A stretch of 64,000 nt of DNA from Patescibacteria group bacterium (GCA_018819405.1 JAHJQF010000001.1:98097-162096), one strand, 5' to 3'; shown: positions 48,793 through 59,779, counted from the stretch's first letter. Notes: a model not told the origin generated them from the sequence alone. A program made the numbers and translations.

Positions 48793-48867
48793 GGCCCCAT
48801 CGTCTAGTGGTTAGGACACCAGGTTTTCATCCTGGCAAGCGGGGTTCGATTCCCCGTGGGGTCACCA
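48793..48867 (+). tRNA. tRNA-Glu(TTC)
   Basis: Cloverleaf; CCAGG-TTTTCAT-CCTGG anticodon arm; GGTTCGATTCC; CCA end; promoter TTGACA-17-TATTAT at 48744-48772. Confidence 0.95.
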
Positions 48868-49167
48868 TTTGGCCAGCTACATTCGCTTGTGGTCTTTGGC
48901 CAAAAAGAGTATTGTGTCCTCGATTCCAAAGAAAAAGCCTTGGGGCTCGGACTCGAGGAGAGCGAACGCAGTTGAGCCGAAAGACAAGAGACACTTCTTT
49001 AACGAAGTGCTTTTTTGTTGAATAAAATAGACCCACATTGACACTTTTACTATTATGTGCTATTATATTGGCGAGTAATAATAATTGCTCAAAAGTATAG
49101 TAAGAGTAGAAATGAAGTCGAGTTTCGAATTTACTATAGTTAATTCGCATTTATTTCTACATTTATC

Positions 49168-49365
49168 ATGCAAGGAATTATCAAAAAACTGACTGACAAA
49201 AACTTCGGTTTTATCAGCCCAGAAGACGGCGGAAAAGATCTATTTTTCCACGCCAACGAACTTAGCGGTGTCTCTTTTGACGAGCTACGTGAAGGCGATA
49301 ACGTCACTTTTGAAGTATCTGATACTCCAAAAGGCCCAGCTGCTACTTCAGTTAGCAAAGCCTAA
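49168..49365 (+). CDS. Cold-shock protein
   Basis: NFGFI (RNP1), DLFFH (RNP2), KGPAA; promoter TTGACA-17-TATTAT at 49038-49066 gives a ~95-nt leader. Confidence 0.93.
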   Translation: MQGIIKKLTDKNFGFISPEDGGKDLFFHANELSGVSFDELREGDNVTFEVSDTPKGPAATSVSKA

Positions 49366-49388
49366 AAGTATTCATACTTTTTAAAAAT

Positions 49389-49427
49389 AAAAACAACCCT
49401 GCACCATAACGGTGCAGGGTTGTTTTT
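49389..49427. terminator. Bidirectional terminator; member of the CCTRCAYC...GGTGYAGG hairpin family
   Basis: 17-bp perfect inverted repeat AAAAACAACCCTGCACC/GGTGCAGGGTTGTTTTT. Confidence 0.8.
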
Positions 49428-49432
49428 TGTTG

Positions 49433-50752
49433 TTATAATAAAAATGGTAAGTATAATTCTACAATTTTTTTGGCATTGGTAAGAAACGGCCAAAGATATT
49501 CTATGCCACCTATATCATAAATATAATATGGAGCCCAAACTCTAAAAAGACCTATTATATTTATCAAAAAAGAAATTAAAAATAAATAAATAAATAAATT
49601 TACCAGCTTATGCCCCGGTTTTTCTCTAAAAAGAAAAGTAATAAAAAAATATAAAATAGGTGTCGGTGCCAAAAACCAACGAAAGCCATAGGCAGCGCCG
49701 GCATAGGCTCGGGAGCCAAAAGCATAAAAAATATAAATAGCCAAAAATGTCAGTGCCACCAAAATAGCTTCCCAAAAAAAATCTTTGTTTTTATTTTTTA
49801 ATAATTTATAAAGCCCAAAAAATGATAATAGCAAAATAGGCGAATAGAAAAACAAGCCATGCGTACCAAAAAATATATTGAATGTATAGACAAGCAAAGA
49901 ATGCTTAAATATATTACCCTTTGCTTCTAAATTCCACATCTGTCCGTTGACAGACCACATTTCACTATGCAGTTGGGGTGGTAGTATATCGCCGGTAATC
50001 TGAATATTTAAATAAAGATGTAAAGAAAACAAAAATATCGCTGGTAAAATATAATAAAAAATATTTTTTGCCCCATAACGAAAAAAATAATAAATAAAAA
50101 ATCCACTAAAAAATGCTAAACCAGTTGGTAAGTCTATAACAGCAGCCAAAGCTGCTAAAAGTCCTGACCAAAAAATCCATTTTTTCTTAAAGCCCTGGAT
50201 TTTTAATAAACATAAATAATAAAAAGATATAAATAAAAATGAACCGGCTATTGTATGATTGTTAAAAACTGTAGAGTATGGCAAATACAAAGTTGCTAAC
50301 GCTAAGCCGGCCAAGAGACGATAGCGGTATTTTTTTTCAATATCTATCAAAATCAAAATTTGATAAAAGTAATATAAAAGTAATATAAAACTTCCCCCAA
50401 CCAACAATAAATTGATAACATAAACAGCTGGCAAAGAAAATCCATGGCTCAAAAAAGGCTTGGTCGGCAGCTCCCAGGAAAAGATATGGTAAAGAGGATA
50501 ATATATACCGGCCGCTACTACTGACAAAAATGGCGGCTTGGAAGAATAAAAATTTCCCTCTCTAAAAATCTTGTCATCTGTATTTACATTATTTTCTGTG
50601 ATAATAAAACTACCATTTTTGACTAATGAATTTATAGTCAGATAGCGCGAAGATGAATTGGTGCTAGGTATATCAGAATCAGTAAAAATAAAAAGAAAGG
50701 CCACAATAGCAAGCAAAAAAAAGGCTAATTTGTGCTTTTTAAAAAAACTCAT
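49433..50752 (-). CDS. Polytopic membrane protein, probable GT-C-like glycosyltransferase
   Basis: SRYLTI, FYSSKPP, HGLFFYSP, YGFRW; coupled to the upstream GT2 gene. Confidence 0.6.
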   Translation of the reverse strand: MSFFKKHKLAFFLLAIVAFLFIFTDSDIPSTNSSSRYLTINSLVKNGSFIITENNVNTDDKIFREGNFYSSKPPFLSVVAAGIYYPLYHIFSWELPTKPFLSHGFSLPAVYVINLLLVGGSFILLLYYFYQILILIDIEKKYRYRLLAGLALATLYLPYSTVFNNHTIAGSFLFISFYYLCLLKIQGFKKKWIFWSGLLAALAAVIDLPTGLAFFSGFFIYYFFRYGAKNIFYYILPAIFLFSLHLYLNIQITGDILPPQLHSEMWSVNGQMWNLEAKGNIFKHSLLVYTFNIFFGTHGLFFYSPILLLSFFGLYKLLKNKNKDFFWEAILVALTFLAIYIFYAFGSRAYAGAAYGFRWFLAPTPILYFFITFLFREKPGHKLVNLFIYLFLISFLINIIGLFRVWAPYYIYDIGGIEYLWPFLTNAKKIVELYLPFLL

Positions 50753-51693
50753 TTTTTGACTTTTATATAATAGTTTTTATTTTTTTTAAAATTAGCCCTG
50801 ACAATCAACTCCCCCAAAAAACCCATAGACACCAACTGAATACCGACTATTATCAAGAGTATACCCAAAAATAAAAGTGGCCGATTGCCAATCGGACCAT
50901 GGCCGAGAAACCATAAGGCTGATAGATAAATATTAATAACTAAGCCGGACAATATAGCCAATAAGCCCCAACCACCAAAAAAATGAGCTGGCTTGTATTG
51001 ATATTTGGTAATCAAAATAACATTTATCGGATCCAGTATATAATTTCTGATTCTCTTTAGCCCAGAGCGTCCGTATTTTGAATCACCGAATTGACGTTCA
51101 TTATGCTTTACTTTTAACTCACCAACTTTAAATCCCTGCTGATAGGCCAAAGCTGGTAAAAAACGGTGCAAGTCTCCATAAACATCCAAACTTTTTACTA
51201 CTTCGCTTTTATATATTTTGAATCCACAGTTGAAGTCATGTAATTTTAACCCCGTCATTATACTGACCGTAAAGTTAAAAATCTTAGATGAAATTTTTTT
51301 GACCAGAGGATCTTTGCGATCTATCTTCCAACCAGAGACCAAATCATAACCCTTATCAATCTCTGCCAGCAGGCGAGGTATCTCTGTAGGCTCATCCTGA
51401 AGGTCGCCGTCCATAGTAATTACCAAATCACCCAAAACCTCTTCAAACCCTACTGCCAAAGCAGCCGACTTACCAAAATTTCTCTTGAGTTGAATTATTT
51501 TCAATTTATTGTTCTGGCTTTTTATACTTTCCAATACAACTATACTATCATCTCTTGATCCGTCATCTACAAAAATAATTTCGTAGTCCATATTAGCCAA
51601 AACAGCTGACAATTTTTGATACAGTACAAGTATAGACTGCGCTTCATTATATATTGGTATAAGGATTGAAATTTTTCTACTGTGCTTTTCCAT
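50749..51693 (-). CDS. GT2 polyprenyl-phosphate glycosyltransferase (ArnC-like)
   Basis: IPIYNE, VDDGSRD, RNFGKSAAL, MDGDLQD, DFNCGFK, HRFLP. Confidence 0.9.
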   Translation of the reverse strand: MEKHSRKISILIPIYNEAQSILVLYQKLSAVLANMDYEIIFVDDGSRDDSIVVLESIKSQNNKLKIIQLKRNFGKSAALAVGFEEVLGDLVITMDGDLQDEPTEIPRLLAEIDKGYDLVSGWKIDRKDPLVKKISSKIFNFTVSIMTGLKLHDFNCGFKIYKSEVVKSLDVYGDLHRFLPALAYQQGFKVGELKVKHNERQFGDSKYGRSGLKRIRNYILDPINVILITKYQYKPAHFFGGWGLLAILSGLVINIYLSALWFLGHGPIGNRPLLFLGILLIIVGIQLVSMGFLGELIVRANFKKNKNYYIKVKK

Positions 51694-51698
51694 ATAAT

Positions 51699-52247
51699 TT
51701 AAAATTTATTTTTTTGTAACTTGAGTAAAAAACAAATATAGTTTATAAGCGGATGGATAATAATAGATAAGGCTACAGCCGCAATGGCATTTTGCCAGCT
51801 TATCTGTATATAAAAAGACATAGTGATGATTGCTCCTGCTATCCAATCTATCTGATCATAAGGAAACCAAAGTGTGCCTGGCATTATATTTTTGCGGCGC
51901 TTGATAAAACAACGAAATAAATCTCCCAAAAGAGCCCCCGAAGCAGACAAAATACCCAGAGCCAAAAAATTTAACTTTGTATAATCATAAATATAATAAA
52001 ATTTATCTGGAGTATAGAACCTGACTTGGAGATAGGCCACCAAAACAGCTGCTATCATGCCAAAAAATAAGCCTCGCCAAGTTTTGTGATTACCAAATAT
52101 TCTTTTGTTTTTTAGGCTTTTACCAAAATCAACTGGGCAATCCAAAAAATCAATCCATCTAGAAAGACTGGCCATCATATTGGCCGCTCCAGCTGGCAAA
52201 AATAGCCAGACTAATGAAAAAAAATATTGCCAAAAATCCGCTAGCAT
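51699..52247 (-). CDS. CarS/DUF46-like CDP-archaeol synthase family cytidylyltransferase
   Basis: PAGAANM, PVDFG, RIFGNHKTWRG, GDL..CFIKRR, DQID; probable ATG at 52247. Confidence 0.8.
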   Translation of the reverse strand: MLADFWQYFFSLVWLFLPAGAANMMASLSRWIDFLDCPVDFGKSLKNKRIFGNHKTWRGLFFGMIAAVLVAYLQVRFYTPDKFYYIYDYTKLNFLALGILSASGALLGDLFRCFIKRRKNIMPGTLWFPYDQIDWIAGAIITMSFYIQISWQNAIAAVALSIIIHPLINYICFLLKLQKNKF

Positions 52248-52347
52248 AAGCTTTTTATATACTATAATAATACCTTGTTTTCTCCTATTATTCAATAAAT
52301 AAGATAAATTTGCTATAATAATAATATAAATAACTAAAATAACTTTT

Positions 52348-53163
52348 ATGGACGCAAAAACACAGGCTAATAATCAAATTTTGACCAGAGATGTTTCTGA
52401 TCCTAATTCCGTTTCTCCAATAGCCAACCAAACATTCAACACTCCAGCGCCAAGCAATCCTATGACCGCCAATCAAATAGCCAATCAGGGTGAAGCCCTA
52501 AATTCATCCAATCCAATCTTAGCTCAAGCTGCTCAGCAAAAAATAAACGACCAAAGTGCAACGCCAGACCAATCTAACACTTCTCCTGGCTATACAGACA
52601 AAAAAAGTCAAACCCAAATATTTGGTAAAAGTGAATTGCTTGATGCCAACAAAATACTGTCTGAAACTTTATATATTACCAATGGAAAGAGAGTGGCCGA
52701 TCTTGGCGCTGGTGGCGGGATGTTTAGTTTGCAGGCAGCTAGACTAGTTGGCGACCAAGGCGTAGTATATGCCGTAGATATCATAAAAAATACTTTATTG
52801 GATATTGAATCAAAAGCCCGTATGTCCAAACTCTATAATATCAAAGCCGTTTGGAGTAATATTGAGATATTAGGCGCCACCAAAATACCAGAATCCAGCC
52901 TAGACTTTGTCCTACTGGTAAATGTCCTATTTCAATCTGACAAACATTATGAAATGATGGCCGAGGGCCATCGCCTACTCAAATCAGAAGGCAAAATGCT
53001 AATTATTGATTGGAGTACCACGGCCCCAGGTTTTACACCACAAAAAAACCGACAAATAAACCAAGCAAATATCAGAGAACATGCCAGTAAACTCAAATTG
53101 GTGTTGGAGCAAGAATTCCAAGCTGGCCAATACCACTTTGGTATGATATTTGTAAAACCATAA
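52348..53163 (+). CDS. Class I SAM methyltransferase with low-complexity N-terminal extension
   Basis: VADLGAGGG, VYAVDI, NVLFQ, LIIDW. Confidence 0.8.
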   Translation: MDAKTQANNQILTRDVSDPNSVSPIANQTFNTPAPSNPMTANQIANQGEALNSSNPILAQAAQQKINDQSATPDQSNTSPGYTDKKSQTQIFGKSELLDANKILSETLYITNGKRVADLGAGGGMFSLQAARLVGDQGVVYAVDIIKNTLLDIESKARMSKLYNIKAVWSNIEILGATKIPESSLDFVLLVNVLFQSDKHYEMMAEGHRLLKSEGKMLIIDWSTTAPGFTPQKNRQINQANIREHASKLKLVLEQEFQAGQYHFGMIFVKP

Positions 53164-53261
53164 ACTATACAAAAAACGGGCTTGACCCCGCCCTTCGTGA
53201 AGAGCGGGGTTGACGAGGCCTGTTTTTTAATTTAACATATAAATACTTTTTAAAATAACTT

Positions 53262-53669
53262 ATGGATTTATCAAAATTTTTTAACTTATCTTACCTTTTT
53301 AACCGTTTTCCTGAGGCTGGATTTTCTTGGCCGATGAGAATTACTCTATTGATTATTTTTTTGGGAGCCATCGTCCTGGCCATATTTGCCCAATTAAAAT
53401 ACAAAAAATCTGCCGGCTTATTAAAAAATGTCTGGTACAAATTACAAGTTTGGGGATGGACCACCGGAATAATAGGCCTGACTTTTTTCTATTTTAGAGA
53501 AGTCAGAGCTATTTATATCAGTGCCCGCGGTTGGTTGTTATTATTTTTACTAATAGAATTGATCTGGCTGGTATATATTATCAAATACTGGCAGACCAAA
53601 ATTCCACAAAAAGAACAAATCATCCAAAAAGAAAAAGAATTTGATAAATGGCTACCTAAGAAAAAATAA
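53262..53669 (+). CDS. Small membrane protein
   Basis: Three TM segments; FREVRA, KWLPK. Confidence 0.7.
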   Translation: MDLSKFFNLSYLFNRFPEAGFSWPMRITLLIIFLGAIVLAIFAQLKYKKSAGLLKNVWYKLQVWGWTTGIIGLTFFYFREVRAIYISARGWLLLFLLIELIWLVYIIKYWQTKIPQKEQIIQKEKEFDKWLPKKK

Positions 53670-53712
53670 TAAATTATCACAAATAAATAAAAACAGGCCC
53701 TAGTCTGTTTTT

Positions 53713-54057
53713 ATGTTTTATAAAAAACAATTCGGCCAGCGGGGTGAAAAAATTGCCCTAAAATATTATCAGTCAAAAGGCTATAAATATATTGCCCAAA
53801 ATTTTTATACCCGCTATGGAGAGATTGATTTAATTTTACAAAAAAATCAACAAATGTTGATAGTAGAAGTAAAAACCCGCTCCAGCCTGAATTTTGGTTG
53901 GGGTGAAGAAAGTATCAATAATAAAAAAATAAATAATATACAAAAAGCCTATCAAATTTTTTGCCAAAGATATAAAACCGAAGCAAATTACAAAATAGAA
54001 ATTTGTATTGTAGAAATAATAAACGGCCAAAATAAAATAAGAACTTTTGAAATATAG
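53713..54057 (+). CDS. YraN (UPF0102) family protein
   Basis: GQRGEKIA, NFYTRYGEIDLI, VEVKTR. Confidence 0.88.
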   Translation: MFYKKQFGQRGEKIALKYYQSKGYKYIAQNFYTRYGEIDLILQKNQQMLIVEVKTRSSLNFGWGEESINNKKINNIQKAYQIFCQRYKTEANYKIEICIVEIINGQNKIRTFEI

Positions 54058-54060
54058 TCC

Positions 54061-54135
54061 TTGACTAATAAAAAAAAATAAGCTATATTTACCTACGATG
54101 AAAGTTAGTTTACTATAGTAGACTAGCTCTTTTTT
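54061..54135 (+). promoter_or_regulatory. nusA promoter and terminator-like leader hairpin
   Basis: TTGACT-17-TATATT; AGTTAGTTTAC-TATA-GTAGACTAGCT followed by a T-run. Confidence 0.55.
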
Positions 54136-54205
54136 ATAAACGACGTAGGGCGAGGAGTTTATATATAATATAAGCAAATAATTAAATTAATTAAAGAAAA
54201 AAATT

Positions 54206-55447
54206 ATGGCAAACAACAATATTGCCGCTGCCATCAAACTAATTGCTGAAGAAAAAAACCTTTCTATGGAAGCTATTATTGGGGCTATAGAAGCCGCTTT
54301 AGCCGCTGCCTATCGCAAGGAATTTGGCAACAAAAATCAAAACATCAAAGTAGTATTTAACGCTGACAACGGCCAAGCCGCTGTTTTTGATGTTAAAACT
54401 GTGGTTGAAGATGTAGATTTGGAAGAAGAGGAAAAAATGGTAGAAGAGCAAAAAAATAGAAAAGAGGCTGGTGAAGAGATTCCGGAAGAAGAGCTCATAA
54501 AGAGATTTAATCCCCGAAGTGAGATGATGCTTTCTGAGGCTCAAAAAATCAATACTGACTACAAAATCGGTGATATTATTGAAACTAAGCTGGAAGTACC
54601 AGAGGAATACGGACGCATGGCCGCCCAAACCGCCAAACAGGTGATTGTCCAGCGTCTGAGAGAAGCCGAACGTGATCACATATTCAATGAGTATAAAGAT
54701 AAAGAAGGCCAATTAGTCTTGGGCACTATCCAAAGAAAAGAAGGCCGACGCTATATAGTAGACCTAGGACAAGCCAATGCCATCCTAACCCCTGAAGAAC
54801 AGATCAGAACCGAAGGATATAATATTGGCACTCGTCTAAATTTTTATATTGTAGAAGTAAGGATGGGAAATAAAGGACCAGAAATAATTTTGTCCCGTAC
54901 TCACCCCGAAATTGTCCGTGAGCTTTTTGCTACCGAGGTACCAGAAATTGCTGCCGGTACAGTAGAAATTAAAAACATTGCCCGTGAAGCTGGCTCACGC
55001 TCTAAGATAGCTGTAGTAGCTACCGAAGAAAATATAGACCCCGTAGGGTCATGTGTCGGTCAACGTGGCTCAAGAGTCCAGACTGTCATCAATGAACTAG
55101 GTGGAGAAAAAATAGACATTATAGAATGGGAAGAAGACGTAAAATCCTTTATTGCCAACTCTCTATCTCCGGCTGAAATAGAAAGTATAGAAATCAACGA
55201 AGAAGCAAAAACCGCTTCAGTAAAGGTGGCTAATGATCAATTGTCTTTGGCTATAGGCCGCAGTGGACAAAATGCCCGTTTAGCTGCCAAATTGACTGGC
55301 TGGAAAATAGATATTATATCTGCTGAAGACGGAGATAAAATGTCTGCTAAAGGTGATGACAAAAAATCAGAAGAAAAAGCAAAAAAAGAAAAAACTGATG
55401 ATGACAAAAAATCAGAAGAAAAGTCATCTAAAAAATCTAAAAAATAA
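54206..55447 (+). CDS. nusA: Transcription termination factor NusA
   Basis: [40 protein letters not shown]. Confidence 0.97.
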   Translation: MANNNIAAAIKLIAEEKNLSMEAIIGAIEAALAAAYRKEFGNKNQNIKVVFNADNGQAAVFDVKTVVEDVDLEEEEKMVEEQKNRKEAGEEIPEEELIKRFNPRSEMMLSEAQKINTDYKIGDIIETKLEVPEEYGRMAAQTAKQVIVQRLREAERDHIFNEYKDKEGQLVLGTIQRKEGRRYIVDLGQANAILTPEEQIRTEGYNIGTRLNFYIVEVRMGNKGPEIILSRTHPEIVRELFATEVPEIAAGTVEIKNIAREAGSRSKIAVVATEENIDPVGSCVGQRGSRVQTVINELGGEKIDIIEWEEDVKSFIANSLSPAEIESIEINEEAKTASVKVANDQLSLAIGRSGQNARLAAKLTGWKIDIISAEDGDKMSAKGDDKKSEEKAKKEKTDDDKKSEEKSSKKSKK

Positions 55448-55464
55448 CTAACAATAAACTCATT

Positions 55465-57516
55465 ATGTCCAACGTAATTTTATTGGCTATTTTAGCTTCA
55501 CTTATCTCCATAGTTTTTGGAATTCTGCTAATAAAGAAAATTTTGAAAAGCCCAAGTGGCGATGAAAAAATGCAAGAAATTGCATCAGCTATACAAGCTG
55601 GTGCTAAAGCATACTTAAATAGGCAATATAAAACCATTGCTTATCTAGCTGTGGTCTTATTTATTGTCCTAGGCTTTGCCATAGACTGGGGAACTGCTCT
55701 AGCCTTTTTGGTAGGCGCTGTCTTATCAGCCGCAGCTGGAATCATTGGTATGAATGTATCAGTCCGCACCAATGTCCGTACTGCCGAAGCTGCTAAAAAA
55801 GGTATCCAACCAGCTATGAGGTTGGCTGTATTAGGTGGTTCAGTGACTGGAATGCTGGTAGTTGGCCTAGCTCTATTGGGAGTAGCCGGCATGCTTGCTC
55901 TACCATTTATCACTGTCAAACATCTAGTTGGCCTAGGTTTTGGTGGCAGTCTTATCTCTGTATTTGCTAGACTTGGTGGTGGTATTTTCACCAAAGCAGC
56001 TGATGTCGGCGCAGATCTCGTAGGAAAAGTTGAGGCTGGTATCCCAGAAGATGACCCGAGAAACCCAGCTGTGATAGCCGATAATGTGGGTGACAACGTT
56101 GGAGATTGTGCTGGTATGGCCGCTGATCTTTTTGAAACTTATGCTGTGACTTTAGTAGCCGCTATGCTCCTAGGATCTTTGACTTTCAAAGATGCCAGTG
56201 GACTGCCTCTAGAAAATCCTATCTTGTATCCTCTAGCTCTGGGAGCAGTAGCAATCTTTACTTCACTAATCGGTTTATTTTTTATTAGACTTTCCAAAAA
56301 CAAGTCCGTTGAAGAGATAGAAAAAAATGACGGCATCATGAAGGCTCTTTACAAAGGCTTGATTGCTGCTGGTGTCCTGACCGTTGTTGCTTTCTTTTTT
56401 GTCACCAAATATATGATGTCTGATTTAATCAGTACTGATTACCTAAATATATACTATGCTAGTTTGGTAGGATTGGTTGTAACTGCATTTATTGTTTGGA
56501 TAACCGAATATTATACATCCACAAAATACAAACCTGTAAAATCAATTGCCAAAGCTTCTGAGACCGGACACGGCACCAATATTATTCAAGGTTTGGCCGT
56601 CAGTATGAAAGCCACCGCCTGGCCAGTACTGGTGATTGTAGCTGGTATTATAGCTGCTTATAGCTTTTCAGGCCTCTACGGCATTGCTGTTGCCGCTATG
56701 AGCATGCTATCACTAGCTGGTATTATAGTTACTATTGATGCTTATGGACCAATCACTGACAATGCCGGAGGTATTGCCGAAATGGCCGAATTACCAGAGG
56801 AAGTAAGGAATGTTACCGATCCTCTAGATGCCGTGGGTAATACTACCAAAGCTGTAACCAAGGGCTATGCCATTGCTTCCGCTGGTTTGGCTGCCTTGGT
56901 TTTGTTTGCTGCTTACACTGAAGATCTGGCTGCTTTAGGCAAAAATATATCATTTAACCTAGATGAGCCTTATGTTCTAGCTGGATTATTTATCGGCGGC
57001 TTGTTGCCTTATATCTTTGGCGCATTATCCATGGAAGCGGTTGGCAAAACTGCTGGCTATGTAGTCCAAGAAGTGCGCAGACAATTCAAAGAAATGCCAG
57101 GCATTATGGACCGAACTCAAAAACCAGACTACACCCGAGCTGTAGATATAGTAACCAAAGGAGCTCTAAAACAAATGATTATCCCAGCTCTTATCCCAGT
57201 GCTATCTCCAATACTTATCATGCTTATCTTTAGAGACAACGGCTGGCAAGTACTAGGTGGCACTCTGGTTGGCTCTATTATCACTGGAATATTTCTTGCT
57301 ATTTCGATGACTTCTGGGGGAGGAGCTTGGGACAATGCCAAAAAATATATTGAAAGCGGTCACCACGGCGGCAAAGGATCTGATGCTCACAAAGCCGCTG
57401 TGACAGGTGATACTGTCGGCGATCCTTATAAAGATACTGCCGGTCCAGCTATTAACCCAATGATTAAAATTTTAAATGTGGTTGCACTTCTTCTCATTGC
57501 TGTGCTTCTCGCCTAA
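55465..57516 (+). CDS. hppA: Membrane-integral ion-translocating pyrophosphatase (K+-independent type)
   Basis: [50 protein letters not shown]. Confidence 0.95.
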   Translation: MSNVILLAILASLISIVFGILLIKKILKSPSGDEKMQEIASAIQAGAKAYLNRQYKTIAYLAVVLFIVLGFAIDWGTALAFLVGAVLSAAAGIIGMNVSVRTNVRTAEAAKKGIQPAMRLAVLGGSVTGMLVVGLALLGVAGMLALPFITVKHLVGLGFGGSLISVFARLGGGIFTKAADVGADLVGKVEAGIPEDDPRNPAVIADNVGDNVGDCAGMAADLFETYAVTLVAAMLLGSLTFKDASGLPLENPILYPLALGAVAIFTSLIGLFFIRLSKNKSVEEIEKNDGIMKALYKGLIAAGVLTVVAFFFVTKYMMSDLISTDYLNIYYASLVGLVVTAFIVWITEYYTSTKYKPVKSIAKASETGHGTNIIQGLAVSMKATAWPVLVIVAGIIAAYSFSGLYGIAVAAMSMLSLAGIIVTIDAYGPITDNAGGIAEMAELPEEVRNVTDPLDAVGNTTKAVTKGYAIASAGLAALVLFAAYTEDLAALGKNISFNLDEPYVLAGLFIGGLLPYIFGALSMEAVGKTAGYVVQEVRRQFKEMPGIMDRTQKPDYTRAVDIVTKGALKQMIIPALIPVLSPILIMLIFRDNGWQVLGGTLVGSIITGIFLAISMTSGGGAWDNAKKYIESGHHGGKGSDAHKAAVTGDTVGDPYKDTAGPAINPMIKILNVVALLLIAVLLA

Positions 57517-57522
57517 ATAACT

Positions 57523-58803
57523 ATGCAAATTACCAAAAAAGACTTAGAGAAAAACCAAGTCGAGCTTACTATCGAAGTATCAGTTGAAGAAATCAAGCCT
57601 CATCTGGAAAAAGCTGCCCAAAAAATTTCTGCCCAACATAAACTACCAGGCTTTCGTCCCGGTAAAGCACCCCTGGAAATGGTCAAAAATAAATTTGGCG
57701 AAATGATGCTACTTCAAGAGGCCTTAGATTTTGTAATATCTGATTCATACTTTAAAGCTATCACCCGCGAAAAACTAGAAGCTGTCGGACAGCCTCAAAT
57801 CAATGTTGAAAAAATGGCTCCCAACAATCCGATAGTTTACAAAGCTATTGTCTCATTGCTACCAAAAGTAACTCTGGGCGAGTGGCAAAAAGAAGAGGTA
57901 AAAAGACAAGAAGCCAAAGCCACTCAAGAGGATATAGATAAGACCTTGGAGCAATTAGCTACTATGAATGTCAAAGAAACCGTAGCAGACAGAATTTCAA
58001 AAAAAGGTGACAAAGTAGAAGTGGATTTTGAAGTCCTGATAGATAAAGTAGTAATTGAGGGCGGTAAAAATCATAAATACCCAGTAGTCTTGGGGGAAAA
58101 CAAAATGATTCCTGGCTTTGAAGATCACCTTGTTGGTCTAAAAGCCAAAGATAAAAAAGAATTTGAGTTAAAATTCCCAGACAAATATTTTGAAAAAAAT
58201 CTAGCTGGAAAATTAGCTACTTTCAAAGTAGAGGTGGTGGCGGTTTATGAAAGAGAAATGCCAAAACTAGACGACACTTTTGCTAAAACTATTGGTTTTG
58301 AAAGCTTGACTAAGCTCAAGGAGCAACTTGAACAAAATATTACTCAAGACAAGGAACTCAAAGAACGCCAACGCTTAGAAGGCGAATTAATATCTGCCTT
58401 GGTAAAATCAGCGACTATTGGTGATGTACCTGAAAATCTGATTGAAAATGAAATCCATAAAATGTCTCATGAATTGGAGCACAATATCCGCAGCCAAGGT
58501 ATGGATATGGCTGGATACTTAAAATCTATCAACAAAACTCAAGAGGATCTAAAAAAAGATTTTAAACCACAAGCTCTGGAAAGAATAAAAGCTGCTTTAG
58601 TTCTACGCCAACTATCAATAGAAGAAAAACTAAAAGTGGAAGAAAAAGAAATTGACCAAGAAATTGCCAAGCAAAAAGAAACATACAAAGGCAATCAGGA
58701 AGCTACCAAAAACATAGAAGCCACAAACTACCGTCAATACTTGGCCAATATGATGACCAACCAAAAAGTAATAGACTTTATTACTGACAAAATAGTTAAA
58801 TAA
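57523..58803 (+). CDS. tig: Trigger factor
   Basis: PGFRPGKAP signature; FKBP domain MIPGFE. Confidence 0.95.
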   Translation: MQITKKDLEKNQVELTIEVSVEEIKPHLEKAAQKISAQHKLPGFRPGKAPLEMVKNKFGEMMLLQEALDFVISDSYFKAITREKLEAVGQPQINVEKMAPNNPIVYKAIVSLLPKVTLGEWQKEEVKRQEAKATQEDIDKTLEQLATMNVKETVADRISKKGDKVEVDFEVLIDKVVIEGGKNHKYPVVLGENKMIPGFEDHLVGLKAKDKKEFELKFPDKYFEKNLAGKLATFKVEVVAVYEREMPKLDDTFAKTIGFESLTKLKEQLEQNITQDKELKERQRLEGELISALVKSATIGDVPENLIENEIHKMSHELEHNIRSQGMDMAGYLKSINKTQEDLKKDFKPQALERIKAALVLRQLSIEEKLKVEEKEIDQEIAKQKETYKGNQEATKNIEATNYRQYLANMMTNQKVIDFITDKIVK

Positions 58804-58805
58804 AT

Positions 58806-58848
58806 AAAAAAACAGCCCTGCATCGTAACGGTGCAGGGATGTTTTTTT
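58806..58848 (+). terminator. Terminator; member of the CCTRCAYC...GGTGYAGG hairpin family
   Basis: CCCTGCATCG-TAA-CGGTGCAGGG with flanking A/T runs. Confidence 0.75.
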
Positions 58849-58887
58849 ATTTGATTAAAAATGCTATAATTTATATATAAATAAAAT

Positions 58888-59673
58888 ATGTATAAAAAAG
58901 AATTAAAAATTGCCAAGCAAGCAGCGAAGTCTGCCGGAAAATTTCTTAAAAAAGAATTTTTTAATTTTGACCAAAAAATAGATTATAAAACCGGCAATGA
59001 AAGAGTCACTCGCTACGACAAAGAGGCCAATAAAATAATTTTGAACAAGCTCCGTAAAAATTTCCCAGACTATGGAGTGTTGTCCGAAGAAAGCGGTCAG
59101 ACTGATAAAGATAGCCCCTATACCTGGATAATAGATCCACTTGATGGCACTACCAATTTTACCATTCATCACACCCTGTTTGCTGTAACTATTGCCCTTC
59201 TTTATAAAAATAAGGTTGTCATGGGCGTGATATATAATCCAATACTTGATGAAATGTACTGGGCTACTGAAAATAATGGGTCTTATAAAAATGGCCAAAA
59301 GCTAAAAGTTTCCGCCAAAACAGACTTGAAAAAATCTATTATCACCTATTGCCACGGCTCAGGAAAAACAAACACAGAAAAAGCTTATCGTCTATATAGA
59401 CACTTCCATGATATATCCCATCACTGCCGACATTTTGGCTGTACAAGTTTGGAGCTAGCTATGTTGGCAGCGGGTGACACTCAAGCACATATGATTAGTG
59501 GGGCTAAAATTTGGGATATATCCGCCGGGACAATTATTATCAAAGAGGCTGGTGGCAAAGTCACTGATTGGAAAAATAAAACTTGGAATAAAGAATCCAA
59601 AACAATCCTAGCCGCTAATAAAAAAATACACCCCTTGTGCCTAAAAGAGCTAAAGAAAGTAAGGCTTGCCTAA
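58888..59673 (+). CDS. suhB: Inositol monophosphatase family protein (SuhB-like)
   Basis: SEE, WIIDPLDGTTNF, WDISAG. Confidence 0.85.
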   Translation: MYKKELKIAKQAAKSAGKFLKKEFFNFDQKIDYKTGNERVTRYDKEANKIILNKLRKNFPDYGVLSEESGQTDKDSPYTWIIDPLDGTTNFTIHHTLFAVTIALLYKNKVVMGVIYNPILDEMYWATENNGSYKNGQKLKVSAKTDLKKSIITYCHGSGKTNTEKAYRLYRHFHDISHHCRHFGCTSLELAMLAAGDTQAHMISGAKIWDISAGTIIIKEAGGKVTDWKNKTWNKESKTILAANKKIHPLCLKELKKVRLA

Positions 59674-59704
59674 AATATAATTTTTTGCTAAATTAGACAT
59701 CCGT

Positions 59705-59779
<75 letters not shown>

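Noticed and set aside
48744-49150. ORFs 48744-49025 and 48827-49150
   Set aside because: They overlap tRNA-Glu and its structured flank
55354-55422. 24-bp direct repeat in the nusA 3' end
   Set aside because: Simple duplication in a low-complexity charged tail (DDKKSEEK twice)
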